Assembly (NCBI RefSeq): GCF_006345805.1
Contig: NC_043003.1
Coordinates: forward strand, 11,966,001-12,030,000
Direction: 5' to 3'
Length of the DNA stretch: 64,000 bases
DNA from: Octopus sinensis
Lineage: Eukaryota
This document shows positions 24,186 to 37,939 of this stretch, in pieces (the stretch's first letter is position 1; every line of letters starts with the position of its first letter). The notes under the pieces are model-generated. The model was given only the letters and a program-made list of their open reading frames with translations. It made no database searches and was not told the origin of the DNA. The translations under genes were made by a program, and so were the position numbers.

Positions 24186-24829
24186 AGCTATTGTCTGGAG
24201 AAAAGAGGACAAATGTAGATACGTGTTTCTGGCTACATATGCGTCTTCAGCACGACAGCTGTTCTACCGTCTTTCCCATCGCCAAGAGTCTTAGGCTTAT
24301 ACAAAACGAGTAAAACATGTTTATGGCGTAGGTAAACACATGTCCACAACTAAACTCCTATTCCTAGCGATAAACATCTTTTCTTTAATGGCTTATCAAT
24401 TTTGGAGAATTCCTGATTCATGCGATTATATCCCTTTGTCAAGTGAAGCTGGTTTTAATTGCCATTTAGTAATTATGACCCATCCTCTAGAGGTGAAAAT
24501 AATTTTAATACGTCAAGAATTTATGTTGTGTGGTATTTGATATACCTGTATAGTTGAAATACATGCCACTGTCATGTTGTTTTTCTTAATTCGCTTTTGT
24601 TTCATGAAAATAGATGTTTGTGTTGAAAGAGGGGAACACTGTACAAGCATGCGTCAGAGAATCAAGAAAGAAACAATGGAAGTATAATAAAAAAAAATGA
24701 AGAAACGTCGGGGAAAAAGAAAATAAAGATATGAAAACAAAAAGGAAAAAAAAACTGAACGAAAAATGCATAGAATTTACTTCAAGAGCACCGCATTCTC
24801 AAACATTTAAACTTGATGCTGGTTAAAGG

Positions 24830-25360
24830 AGGATTTGAAGAAAGCCACAGAAGATGCTATAAATGGTAACCCAAGAACGGGCCTTAAGAACAGAAGCAAA
24901 CAGAAGACATATTGATGATACACTAATGCAGAAAAGACTGTAGCAGCTCATTCAGTATCGGACTCTAAGGAATTGGCGCAGAAACAGGAGAAAGACTGGG
25001 GACATGACCAAATTGTATCGGTTATACGCTGGTATTCGTGTAAAACACACCCAATGAGGATTTTGTTGTATCAAGGGAGTGTCATTATACCAATAATAAA
25101 CACACTCACTGGTTATATTTCACTTCTTTTATTATTATGCCCTGATGCAGTACCAGGCAGTGGCTCTCGTGGCTTCTGATCTTAACTGATTGGAAGTGTT
25201 ATCATGAACAAATTATATCGGTTATACGCTGGTATTTGTGTAAAATACACCAATGAGGATTTTGCTGTAACAAGGGAGCGTCATAATACCAATAATAAGC
25301 ACATTCACTGGTTTTATTGCACTTCTTTTATTATTATTATTATTATTGTTATTATTATTA

Positions 25361-25419
<59 letters not shown>

Positions 25420-25545
25420 AAAAGGCAGTGAACTGGCAGAATCGTTTGTATGCTGGACGAAATGCTTAGCGGTATTTTGCCCGTCGCTACGTTCTGAGTT
25501 CAAATTCCGTCGAGATCGACTTTGTTTTTCATCCTTTCGGGTTCG

Positions 25546-25586
<41 letters not shown>

Positions 25587-26175
25587 TGTATTTACGATAG
25601 GGTAGGGCAGTATTTACACTGGAAAATATGTAAACACTACAAAATTCGCACTCCTGCTTACTAGTATGAACATCATCCTGAGCCAGTTGTTGAAGGTAGA
25701 AATGTCACTAGCCTCTGTGATTTTCCAGTCAACACCGACAGAATGATCAAGGCTAATCAATCAGACATAGTCATTAAAGAGTGAGAAGAAAATGCTTGTA
25801 GACTAACAGATGTGAATGTTCCCACTGATAAAAATATAACTGTAAAGGAATTTGACAACATCGACAGAATGATCCAGATTAATCGACCAGACATAGTCAT
25901 TAAAGACATAGAAGGAAATACTTGTAGACTAACAGATGTATGTGTTCCTACTGATAAAGATATATCTGTAAAGGAATTTGACAAATTAAGTAAATATAAG
26001 GACCTGGAAATTGAAATTGAAATACAAAAGATGTGGCATCTTAAAGCAAGAACTGTTCCTGTTATTGTGGGTGTCTTAGGTATGATAAGAAATGGATGTC
26101 AGAAACATCTAGATAATATCCCAGGAGAACTATGTCTCAGAGAAATCCAAAAGATTGTGCTGACAAGTACCGCCC
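24830..26175 (+). mobile_element. Fragmented non-LTR retrotransposon with restriction-like endonuclease (R4/Dong/HERO-like)
   Basis: Decayed C-terminal region (..ELAQKQEKDWGHDQIVSVIRW) and REL motif NRPDIVIKD..D..KLSKYKDLEIE..MWHLK..VPVIVGVLG. It is interrupted by (ATT)n and SINE pieces, and parts are tandemly duplicated. Confidence 0.8.
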
Positions 26176-29130
26176 ACAGTGTCGAATTTCCGGAAGTTAT
26201 CCATACACCCAGAGTTTCTTCGAGTACGTCATCGCTCTTTCCCTCCACTAATCCTCTATAGAACTCCATGGTAGAACTTCCACCGACCGCGTTGCTCGAC
26301 TGGCAGAAGGCTCTGAACTCTTGCCGACATTCCAGGTGTCAAGCGCCCTTTCTTGGTCTGTGCTAGTCTCAGAACTGTAGCTTTATCAATGAGACGAGCT
26401 GCGGAAAGTCCCCTTTGACGAAAGGCGACCACACCTGCTCACCGTTAACGCTGGAGATGTCGCAGCCTCAGCCCATGTCTGCGCATCATTAGCCACGGCA
26501 TACCCAGTCCTCCACTCAGTGACTGTTGACAGCAGATGGACCGTCTGATGAGCGAAAAATGTCCCTTCCATAGAAAATGGAAGAGAAAGCGCTCCAGCTT
26601 TATGAGGCACAAAGTAGGGAAACGGACGACAGTCGGGTGGTAGTAGATGACGGAAGCGATGTACGCATTCGCCACCTCCACCCAACAGCTTCCTCTCTGC
26701 CCATTCCTGGATGAGATTGGCTACCCTGTTCGTCACCTCTCCCCTGTTCTTGTCCATCTGGAGGTCTAGACCAAACCAGACCCCGAGCAATGTAACCTGT
26801 CCTTCCGTCCAGAGCTCTACAATGCAGTCGGTTAGCATGGACTTGCTTCACTAGGTGCCGAGCTGTAGGTCCACTGACGTCTCCTGGTTGATATTTACTC
26901 CTGCCACCGCTTCCGATTTCCGAGGTGTCCGACACTATTACGGTGACGTCGTCCGTGTAAGCCAATACGAACCCTCCGCATCCTAGATCACGCGGGATGC
27001 CCCTTGAAATATCCAGTTGTACATTGCAGCGATCCAGCCTCTGAAAACGGGACCGAATCCCGCTGCCGCGAGAACAACTTTTAAGTATTGGTGGTCGACC
27101 CTATCAAAAGCTTTCGACTGATCCAAATTGATCAGAGCCCTACCTACGTCAAATTCCTTACCCACCCTCTCTATAACGTAACACGTGAGGTGGAGGTTGT
27201 CGTGGATTGTTCTGTATGGGATAGCGCATGTCTGCCTGTCACCAACCAGCTTATTGACGACAGGCACCAACCTCTTAGCTAATACCTTGGCCACAATCTT
27301 ATAATCTGCATTCAGCAGAGTTATAGGCTTAAAATTATCAATTTTGTCCCCCTTGTTCGGCTCCTTTCTCAACAGCACCACCACTCTACGGCTCACAGTA
27401 CTGAGACTTCTCCCGTTCTGCTGCCAGTTGTGGTAGATATCTTCCAAGAGACCACCGAACAAGTATGGCATATGAAAATAAAGCTCGAAGACAGATCATC
27501 GCGCCCCGGAGACTTCTCTTTTGCGCAGGCCTTCGTCGCGTCCCGTGTATATCTTCGCCTGTTATTAGCATTTCGCAGAACTCCGCATCCCTGGCCGAGA
27601 GGTGAGATATGTCGCTGAAGTAGGAGGTGAAATTTACCCCCGTCCCAGAACTACCACGCGCCCTATACAGTTCGGCGAAGTACCACTGAAATTCCGCACG
27701 CATCTCATTAAACTCGGTTATCATGCGCCCATCACAGCTCGCCAAAGACTGAATTGTTGCTTTTAAAGAGAACTTTAATGCTGGCAAACTGCCTCCCACT
27801 CTGTATGTTAGCCACATCTATTAAACTTTTGCTGAAGGCCTTCTCGACGTGACTGATGGAAGCGATATCGGATCTACTTTTCGTCGATATGTATTTAAAA
27901 TATACTGTCTTTTTTTGAGATTTAATTATGCTTACTGTTCGTTTTTCGACATCAGTGGCAGACGCCATTAGAAAAACTTATATCTATTTGCAAATGAGCC
28001 TTCTCTTTCATCGCTACCTGGTGGTTACCGCCCGTTGACGAGGGACAACAATCCCGAAACTAGTTCGAGCGTATCACTCAGGCTTGCGAGGAAGGGATGG
28101 CCTCCCTTTGCAAATACTCCAAGGACACAGATATTGTGTCTAAAGCCAGCTAGAGACGAAGATCTCTTGGGGCTATAAAGCTACAGTAACACCCCCTCCC
28201 CAATGTGGCTAGCCATGATAAGATGGCTTTTATACTTTACATTATCGAGCGATTACTGTTTCAATCTCATTCTGAGATTTAATTATGCTGTCTTTTTTCC
28301 CCTTTACCTCTATTATTTCGGGAGGTACGAGCACTGACGCCTTACCCTCGTCAACTTTGATGATGCTTTTTGCTTTTGAAAGTTGTCGAATTTTGTCCTC
28401 GAGAGGGATTATAAACATTTCTTTCTTTGCGTTTGTTACATCAGCAAACTTCTTGTTTTGTCATTGGTGTTGATGTCGTCGACGTTGCTGTTGTTGTTGT
28501 TGTTGTTACTGCTGCTGATATTGTTGCTATTGGTGGTGATGGGGGTGGGGTAGTGGCCACTTCCACTGTTGCCACTCTTCACACCGTCGTCACCGCCTTC
28601 AATTGTAGTATTATTTTCTCCGCTAAAATCCTTTGTGTTCTGAATTTCGTTGCTATTGCTAACACTACTTCTACTACTTCTACCACTGTCTCTACCACCG
28701 CCGCCGCTGCTGCTGTCGCCACCGCCGCTACCATTGTGGTCACTGCTGTTGCCAATGTTTTCACTACTACTACTACTTTCAACTTTTCCGCCCTTCCTTT
28801 TCTCCTCCGCCTCTTCTGTAATGTTGTCAGTAACGGAGGGAAGAGGAGGGAAATCTTCAGCATTCAAAGAATTTTTTTCAAGAGGGGCAGTTTTCCTTTC
28901 CTTAATTCTTCGAAGATGCCTTCCGCCATATTGGATGAAAACGCCCATCAAATTTATTTGGGACCAAATATAGCCCGGCTATGGACTAAATAAACACAGG
29001 CACCCAATGCCAGGTCCCTAGTGTTTCTATTAACACACTGGAACAATGTTTAAACGAAAGAAAAACGGAAACAAACGGGTGTAAACCAAAGTTTTAATCA
29101 ATACTTACTTCGGGCGTTCGAAAATACGTC
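26176..29130 (-). mobile_element. Decayed Tx1/L1-clade LINE (ORF1 remnant plus reverse transcriptase)
   Basis: RT motifs KPITLLNADYKIVAKVLAKRL, NLDQSKAFDRVDH and AYTDDVTV. The upstream low-complexity ORF1 contains EDFPPLPS. It has many frameshifts and no recognisable AP endonuclease. Confidence 0.85.
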
Positions 29131-29235
29131 TGTCGTGTTCAATAATAATAATAATAATAATAGTAATTATAATAATAACTTTAAAAAAAATGAACGAACT
29201 ATTGAGTTTAGTTTAATGGCCTCCCAATGTATACT

Positions 29236-29310
29236 ATGAGTTTCTTAGCCCTAGGAGTCGGGAAGACACTCGGCAAGAAATGGAAGCAAATTTGAAAGAA
29301 GAAAAAAAAA

Positions 29311-29356
<46 letters not shown>

Positions 29357-29700
29357 TAATAATAAATGTGGCATCTCAAGGCGACTACAGTACCAGTGAT
29401 TGTAGGATCTCTAGGAATGATAAAAAAAAGGTACTGAAACATATTTGAAAATGATCCCAGGCTTACCATCCCTACAGGAAGTGCGAAAATTGGTGTTAAC
29501 TGGAACAACTCATGTACTGAGAAGAGCATTATCGCTGTGAAAACAACATCCATCCATGAATTTATTTATTTATTAATTTTTAAATACATATTTTATCTGT
29601 GAATTTGCGCGTGTAATCTGGGAATGCATACAATGAGCTTCTCTGCCCCAGGTGTATGGAAAATACCCGGCGAGAAACGGAAGAAAATTTGAAGAAAGAA
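29236..29700 (+). mobile_element. Two tandem 3' ends of the REL-type LINE, each ending in (AAT)n
   Basis: MWHLKATTVPVIVGSLGM..VLTGTTHVLRRALSL* runs from 29366 to 29540, with one frameshift. The 3' UTR motif CGG..AGAAA.GGAAG.AAATTTGAA occurs at ~29270-29300 and ~29668-29695. Confidence 0.8.
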
Positions 29701-29707
29701 GGAAAAC

Positions 29708-29756
<49 letters not shown>

Positions 29757-29789
29757 CCTTTCTTCTATAGGCACAAGGCCTGAAATTGT

Positions 29790-30770
29790 GGAGGAGAAGG
29801 AATTTCGATTACATCGAACCATTGTATAACTGGTACTTAATTAATTGACCGCGAAAGGATGAAAAGCAAAGTCGACCTCGGCGGAAATTGAGCTCAGAAC
29901 GTAAGGATGGGCAAAATACTGCTAAACATTTCGTCCAACATGCTAACGACTCTGCCATATCGCCGCTCTAACAAGAAGGAGAAGAAGAAGAAGAAGAAGA
30001 AGAAGAAGAAGAAGAAGAAGAAGAAGAAGAAGAATAGGACCAGTGCGTGTGTTTAGTATTGGCATAATGGCCCTCCCGATATACAACACAATGAGTTCAC
30101 ATCAAAAATCTTGCAAGTCAAACACAAAAAACGAAACAATGAAGACACCCAGGAAAGTATTAAGAATATCGGTTTCAAATTTAGGTACAAGGCCAGCAAT
30201 TTCAGGTGAAGGTTTAAATCAATTACATTGACGCCCAATGTTCAAATGATACTTTTTTTTTTACCGGCTCCAAAAGAATGAAAGCCAAAGTGCACCTAGG
30301 CGGAATTTGAGCCCAGAAAGTAGAGATGAGCAGAGATATCAGAGGTTGTAATATAAGCGCTGTAGTCCGCCTATTTGACACTTGGGCGAGTGAAAATGAA
30401 GTCGAGGAAACATAGATAAACAACTATGTCCTAAAGCAGGAACTAAAACCGCTTTACAAGTGCGATAAAAGTCAACTGAGATAACAGCGAACTGATATAT
30501 GAGTGGTTCCTGTTACAAGAGAAGCACTAGATACAGTGTCCAGAAATACTGGTTTCAAAATTTAGCACAAGGCCAGCAATTTCGGGTGTGTGTGTAAGTC
30601 GATTACATCGACCGCAGTGAGTAACTGGTGCTTATTTTATCGACCCTGAAAGGATGAAAGGCAAAGTCGACCTCGGCGGAATTTGAACTTGACCGTAAGG
30701 ACGGACGAAATGCTAAGCAACATTTCGTCCGTCGTAATAAAGATTATCCCAGCTCGCTGCTTCAGCAATA
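29790..30770 (-). mobile_element. Cluster of Nin/Deu-type SINE copies and fragments
   Basis: Reverse-strand GAAAGGATGAAAGGCAAAGTCGACCTCGGCGG cores at ~29855 and ~30650, with a further fragment at ~30280. Confidence 0.75.
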
Positions 30771-31199
30771 AATAGGAATAGTAAACCTTTCTACTAAAGG
30801 CACAAGGCCTGAAATTGTGACGGGGAGGAGGACAGGTCGATTACAGCTTTGTCACATCCTATGCGACACTGAATCTCCCTGAGAACTCTGTTAAAGGTTC
30901 ACGTGTCTTTGGCGTGCTCAGTACGTTAAATTCACGAGTAGTTTGTGCCGTTGATCGGAGCAACTTGAACACTTGTCATCGCAACCGATTACCCGGTTTC
31001 CATGGCGAATAAATACTGAAATCCCAACAAGACCCCCACTCCCGAACGGAACGCCAGTCCGTTGCAGGGTTACTCATGTATAACTAGCTGGACTGAAGCG
31101 ACCTGAAATGATGTATTTTGCTTAAAACTACAACGCTCCGCCCGGTCCGAGAATCGAAACCACCGTCCTGGCCATTGCGACTGCATCACCTTAACCCAG

Positions 31200-32080
31200 T
31201 GCTTCTTAACCGGGGTCCATATATACCTTGGGGATCCCTATAAGACACGTTACCTCCTCCGTCTCGACTCGGACCACCACCGTCCCATACCTGCATCCTC
31301 CCGCCAAAAACACCACATCCCCAGACACCACGCACAACGCCTTCTCAGTTACTTCGGCCTCCACCCGGTCCACCTTCTCCCGTTCCACCGAATAAACTTT
31401 ATACACAATGGCCCTACTCATCATGTCCTCCATAACCCTCTGTGGAGGCGACAACTTGACATCACCACCCACCTCATGTGCCTGTGGAGGCACATGGCCT
31501 AGTGGTTAGAGCAGCGGACTCGCGGTCGAAGGATCGCGGGTTCGAATCTCAAACCGGGCGATGTGTGTTTATGAGCGAAACACACTAAGCTCCGCGCGGC
31601 TCCAGCAGAAGTTAATGGCGAACCTCTGCGGACTCTTTCGCCACAATTTTCTCTCACTCTTTCTTCCTGCATCTTGCAGCTCACCTGCGACGGACCGGCG
31701 TCCCATCCAGGTGGGGAACCTATATGCCAAGAAAACCGGGAAACCGGCCCTTATGAGTCAGGCATGGCTCGAGAAGGAACAAACAAAAAAAAACCTCATG
31801 TGCCATCCCCTGATGTTCCTCCATTCTAGACAAGTCCATTTCACTCCTTTCCTACTCCGTTACCTCAGTGAAGTTCTTCCCTTCTCCAAGACATCCATTC
31901 TGCTCACCGCCTTTACCAACTCCTCCTCTGAAGCGGACATCTCCGACCCGCTAAGAACATCCCTCCATTAGCCATCGCTATCTCCCTTGAAACACACAGA
32001 AAGCACAACCGATAAACCGCTGCAAAACAGCACAAAAATCAGCACTTCAATACATCACAATACACGTTCAAAAAATACGC
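31200..32080 (-). mobile_element. Tx1-like LINE 5' end and ORF1 fragment, interrupted by a SINE
   Basis: Reads ..RAIVYKVYSVEREKVDRVEAEVTE..YGTVVVRVETEEV. The two flanks rejoin across the SINE's TSD. Confidence 0.6.
31483..31792 (+). mobile_element. Full-length tRNA-derived SINE with 12-bp TSD
   Basis: The TSD ACCTCATGTGCC is at 31471-31482 and 31793-31804. Same family as 22755-23061. Confidence 0.93.
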
Positions 32081-33628
32081 CTTGCACTAAGATTAAGGAC
32101 AAGGTAAACTTACTACCTGCTTTTATAGCCAGTTAATGCAAACAGTTTATCCCGTCCCCTACCCCTGACTTTTAGTCCATGCAATTGAAAAAACTGAATT
32201 ATTTATGGAATAATCCAATGTATTGATTCTTGAAGCGTTGTTGTTGCTAGCGGACGTATAATGAAATTAATTGGACAACAATCCGGAAACTCTCTTTATC
32301 GCAACGTCAAAGACTTCTACAATTTCAAGAAATTTCTCATTTATTTAAGTAGCTTTACGCAGAAAAATAATTGTATCAGTCAAAAGTATACATTGAGTAG
32401 CCACAGCTGGGCTGAGTCACTCAGTTATTAAATTGTCCCATTGAAAAGTCGATGATTTGCCACTCAAAGAAAAATTATACAAAGCGGGCTTTCGGAATTC
32501 CCACAAATTTCAAAGAGCTTCTTTTCCTTTTTCTTCCTTTAAGGAAATGTCGGCTGATATTCACATACCCCACAATTCGATTCTGTTTGCATTCCTCAGC
32601 AGCCACTCCGCAGTAGCCTTGGCTAAAATATGATCGGTACAGATATCCTTTTCTTTTTGTTAAACTAATAATCCTTGACTCTATGTCCTTGTAAACCATC
32701 GTTTGTTGCTGTGTTTTGTTTATCTGCCGGTCAGCCCTGATCAAGCAAACCTATGTTCGAAGGCTGTTCCGGCAACGACCATCAAATCACTTTTGGTGAT
32801 GATAGTGGTGGCGGTGGTGTTGATGTTGATCTGTTTACATCGCAAGGGTGTGCGTTCGGTTCCTGGACATGATTAAATGTGTCTCCGAGCAAGGTATTTT
32901 GTTACCCGTTGCTCTGTTCACCTGAAAAGGAATACCAGCTAAGCGCCTGCAGGTAAACCTTGTAACAGATTAGCATCCCGTTCTGTTAGGAGTCTTGTAT
33001 TTCTGGTCACTTAAACGCATCAGAAACTACAAAAAATTCCAAAATAATTGAATTGTAGATTCAACACAGATTAAAAAGAAAATTAATCATTTTTCTAAGA
33101 CAGTTGGGCATTGTTTGGGGGTAAATTCTCCGTTACTAGCATCTCCAGCAACCACGTTGAGGGTCCATCGTTTGCCTGGGTAAAATGTTATTTATTGGAA
33201 CTGCTGTTGTTTAACAGATAGAAGCCCCGAATGAGCAGATCTGTGAACAAAGACGCTCCATGCGTGGCCATCCCGTTTTGTGGTGGCTACAACGCACACT
33301 TGATCATGTTATCCGATATGTCCTATTTTTCTATGACAGAATGATGCAATTTGAACGAAATTTTCGGTTGTTATTTCTGGTTGATCGATGACCACATTGA
33401 GGTTATCTTGGTCGTACATTAAGTATCTGCGTTAAGTATCTGAAGTACATAGCTTACGGTTTGTCCTTTCGTATCCTGCAGTAGGTTTTCAAGTCCCACT
33501 AAATGATGAGTCAGACATTATACAACACAGTTGTGTACACATTTATCCTCATCACAATAATAATGATCTCATACATACGTACAAGTTCCTCAAATATACA
33601 ACCCATCCTTCAGTATGTACGTACGTGT

Positions 33629-34610
33629 TAGGCGGCGATCTGACAAAAACGTTAGCACACCGGGCGAAATGCTTTACGTTCTGAGTTCAAATGCCGCCGA
33701 GGTCGACTTTGCCTTTCATCCTTTCAAAGTTGATAAATTAAGTACCAGTTGCGTACTGGGATCGATGTATTCGACTTAATTCCTTTGTCTGTCATTGTTT
33801 GTCCTCTCTATGTTTAGCCCCCTGTGGGCAATAAAGAAATAAAAAAAGGCGGCGAGCTGGCAGAAACGTTAGCACACCGGGCGAAATGCTTTACGTTCTG
33901 AGTTCAAATTCCACCGAGGTCGACTTTGCCTTTCATCCTTTCGGGATCGATAAATAAAGTACCAGTTGCGTACTAGGGTCAATGTATTTGACTTAATCCC
34001 TTTGTCTGTCATTGTTTGTTTCCTCTATGTTTAGCCCCCTGTGGGCAATAAAGACATATAAAAGGCGTCGAGCTGGCAGAAACGTTAGTAAACCGGGCGA
34101 TATGCTTAGCGGTATTTTGTCTGTCTTTACATTCTGAGTTCAAATTCCGCCGGGATCGACTTTGCCTTTCATCCTTTCGGGCTCGATTAAATAAGTACCA
34201 GTTACGCACTGAGGTCGATATAATCGACTTAATCCGTTTGTCTGTTCTTGTTTGTCCTCTCTGTATTTAGCCCCTTGTGGGTAGTAAAGAAATAGGTATT
34301 TCGTCTGCCGTTACATTCTGAGTTCAAATTCCGCCGAGGTCGACTTTGCCTTCCATCCTTCTGGGGTCGATAAATTAAGTACCAGTTGCGTACTGGGGTC
34401 GATCTAATCGATTGGCACCCTCCCCAAATATTTCAGACCTTGTGCCTAGATTTCAGACGTGTTAGAAGGCGAGCTGGTAGAATCGTTAGCACGCCGGATA
34501 AAATGCTTAGCCACATTTCGTCCACCTTTACGCTCTGAGTTCAAATACCACCGAGGTCGACATTGCCATTTCATCCTTTTGAAGTCGATAAAATACCAGC
34601 TGCGTACTGG
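33629..34610 (+). mobile_element. Head-to-tail array of Nin/Deu-type SINEs (about five cores)
   Basis: Heads at ~33630, ~33847, ~34063 and ~34467, plus an internal repeat of the core at ~34295. Confidence 0.88.
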
Positions 34611-35600
34611 AGTCGATGAGATTCTAGCTGGTTACGAGGTTATGTGGGTAGCAGTGGCTGTCATCTAAGACGTGGAGGAGGCAGTGACGATTTTGCAATT
34701 GAAAAAGCGTGAAGCCGTCAACTGGAAAGGCCAGACCCTAGAGATGGTTGTGCAAGCGTCAAATGAAATCCCAGAAAAATTGCCCGATAGGGTGTTTGTA
34801 AGGGAGGGGCTAACAATAAGAGTAGCCGTCGAGGGACGTAGGGACGTTGCTTCAGATGTGCCGTCAATAAGAGTAGCCGTCAATAAGAGTAGCCGTCGAG
34901 GGACGTTGCTTCAGATGTGGAGAAAAGGGTCACGTTTGCTCGAAGTGCAAGAAAAAAAAATCAATGAAGCCCCTCTCCAAAAAGCTACGAAAGTAGTCAA
35001 AGGAAAAAATGAAAAGCAAGACAATGCAGCCAAAACGAGAGAGGGAGTAACAGCAGAGAGTGCAAAGGAAAAAAAACTGAGAAAAACGATGAAATGGAAT
35101 ACACTACAGTGTCACACGAAACAAAAAAGCCCAAGTCGCAGACTCCCCTCCCCAAACAAAAAAAATCTATGAAACACACGGTAGACACACAAAACAAAAT
35201 TCCCCAAACCAACGCCACGGTGAAACCTTTCACCAAATCCCTCCCCAAAACCCAAGAAAAAATTGCTTCTTCTCGGAAAAGAACCCTGTGTTGAACACAG
35301 TCATAAGAGCGCATCATAAGGTGCGAGTTTTTAAAATTAGAAAATACTCGCCCCCCCCCCCACCCGAACATTAGACTTGCCAAAATGGACGCAGGCCTAT
35401 TTTTGGAGCTGAAGGAAAGGTATTCAGAAGATATCAAGGACGTCAGCTCCGAAATGGCCATAGAAAGATTACTAATAAACCCAACGGCTTCACCAATGAA
35501 AGAAAAGGATGGGGAGGTAGCCGAATTTGCGCAGCCCCTGCCCAAACTCAAACTGTATGTTCTTCGTTTTTCCATTTTTTAAGGCTGTGGTAAGACAGGT
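34611..35600 (+). mobile_element. Decayed Tx1-like ORF1 fragment
   Basis: Contains EIPEKLPDRVFV..LTIRVAVEGR and a K/E-rich low-complexity region. The style resembles the ORF1 remnants at 28-29 kb and 31 kb. Confidence 0.5.
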
Positions 35601-36163
35601 GGGTGCAACTGACTCTGCTTAATCCTTCATGGGAAAAAGAAAAGGTGTAGTCGCTGGAACTTTTCAGCCCATCAGTTTAAAGTCCAAAAAAAAAAGTCCA
35701 AATTTTTATTTTTATATATCATTCATAATTTTTAAACCTAGGTATCATTCGAACTCACAATAACGATAATTGTTTGTTTTGTCCTGTTTTGTCCCCTCTA
35801 TGAATGATAATTTTTATCGTAATAAAAAATTCATCTCTAGCAGACGAGGTATCCTGTACTGAAGAGAGGTAGAAATAGGCCGAAACCAGGTTGCTCTGCT
35901 GGTCCCGTCGCTAGAAGGTGGTAGGGGTTCGCTCCCCTGCTCGCAATATATCGAATGCAGCTGTGCCTCGTTAACCAGCTAGTGGAGATGTCCTTTTGCA
36001 GTTAAAAAATCGCAGTAAAGTCTGTTCGAACGGGCAGCCATGTTAAAGTGGCTACGAACATCACTTGTTAGTAAACCACTGCGTTGATCTCTTAGTGGGA
36101 TTTTAGAATTAGCATTTTTGCTTATACATACATACATACATACATACATACATACATACACAG

Positions 36164-36194
<31 letters not shown>

Positions 36195-36199
<5 letters not shown>

Positions 36200-36520
36200 C
36201 TGAGACCCCCCCTTCGGTCATGAATGACCATGGGATTGCACCTAGAATGTTGCCTTCCCAGGCACAAGTCCAGGCAAGGTTGTTTATGGAAGACCAGCAG
36301 TCGCCCATGCATAACAGCCTCCCCTCTCCCCGCCACCAGTATTATCCAAGGGAAAGGCAAAGGGGCCAATACAGCTTGGCACCAGTGACGCCGCAACTCA
36401 TTTCTACAGCTGAGTGAACTGGAGCAACGTGAAATAAAGTGTCTTGCTCAAGAGCACAACACGCAGCCCAGTCCGGGATTCGACCTCACAACCTCACGAT
36501 CGTAAGCTCGACGCTCTAAT
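36195..36520 (-). mobile_element. CORE-type SINE with GC-rich tail
   Basis: The minus strand has a tRNA head (B-box GGTCGAATCC) and CORE tgtgctcttgagcaagacacttt. The tail is shared with 20095-20290. Confidence 0.85.
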
Positions 36521-36697
36521 CAGCGTGTGAATATATATGGTTAAGATGTTTCAATCACGATCGCATGATGGCAGGTCCGATTCCTGGACTGGGCAGTGCG
36601 TTGCGTTCTCGGGCAGTGCGTTGCGTTCTCGGGCAGAAGACTTCCTCTCCTGTTGCTCTGCGATTACTTCGACAGGAGAGTCCACGTGTGTGTGTGG

Positions 36698-36735
<38 letters not shown>

Positions 36736-37159
36736 ACGTACGTACGTATGTATGTATGTATGTATGTATGTATGTATGTATGTATGTACGTACGTACGAG
36801 AGCATGTATATATGTATGTATGTGTGTACGCGCATAGTGCGCCTGCGCACGTACGCACTTACACAAACACACAGCGGATCCGTAAACAGCACTCGACAGA
36901 GAATTCCGGCTTAAATATATAGAACTTCCTACATTTCTATCGCTCGTATTGAAGGTCCGGGAAAAGGTCATATCCATTGCTCCTTCATCGTATATGACTA
37001 AGCAACAGCAGATAAATAAATGAATAACTAAATAAAACTCACGCAGCACATATCATCTATCAACTAATCGACCAACTTCTCCAAATAACTTGCTAACTCG
37101 TTCCTTAATCATCTCATCAAACAACCAGTCCACCACTAATATAACAATCGACCAGATAG

Positions 37160-37304
37160 CGAACGTGGGCACGGATGTATGGTAAGAACTTTGCTTTCCA
37201 TCCACGTGGTTCCGGGTTCAGTCCCGCAGCGAGGCGCTTTGAGAAAAGTATCTTTTACTTTGGGCCGAGTGGATTTGGTAAACGCAAGCTGAAAGAAGCC
37301 CGTC

Positions 37305-37339
<35 letters not shown>

Positions 37340-37790
37340 CGCAAGAGTGGCTGTGTGGTAAGTAGCTTGCTTACCAACCACATGGTTCCGGGTTCAGTCC
37401 CACTGCGTGGCACCTTGGGCAAGTGTCTTCTACTATAGCCTCAAGCTGACCAAAACCTTGTGAGTGGATTTGGTAGACGGAAACTGAAAGAAGCCCGTCG
37501 TATATATATATATGTATGCATGTATTTACGTGTGTGTGTGTGTTTGCGCAACCTTCAGCTTACCAAGTGATGTTGGTGTATTTAGGTCTCTGTAACTCTG
37601 TCCCCATCATTGTTTGACAACCGGTGCTGGTGTGTTTACGTCCCCGTAACTTAGCGGTTCGGCAAAAAGAGACCGATAGAATACGTACTAGACTTTTTAA
37701 AAAATAAGTCCTGGGGGCGATTTGCTCGACTAAAGGCGGTGCTCCAGCATGGCCACAGTCAAACGACTGAAACAGGTAAGAAAGAAAAGA
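37160..37790 (+). mobile_element. Microsatellite-bearing SINE preceded by an extra 5' half
   Basis: A head at ~37160-37305, then (TA)n, then a full copy at ~37335-37790. Confidence 0.8.
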
Positions 37791-37939
37791 GTAATAAAAA
37801 AGTCACTTGCATGTAAATTTATGTAATTTTGACCAATCGAAAGCCTCCTTTGACGACGTGTGCTGATCTCCGTTTATTACCTCCATTGAGGTAGGCCCAG
37901 ATGTAGGCTACTTGTTGAGCGTTATTTATAACATACATA

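Noticed and set aside
24216-24252. Minus-strand CUGAAGA..GAAAC-AC-GUA
   Set aside because: Core words are present but stems I and II do not pair convincingly. At best it is a decayed copy.
28427-28993. Plus-strand Ala/Val/Thr-rich ORFs
   Set aside because: They are antisense to the low-complexity ORF1 remnant of the Tx1-like LINE.
35855-35895. CTGAAGA..GGCC-GAAAC-CAG-GTT
   Set aside because: Stems I and II are broken. It is counted only as a weak member of the window-wide pattern.
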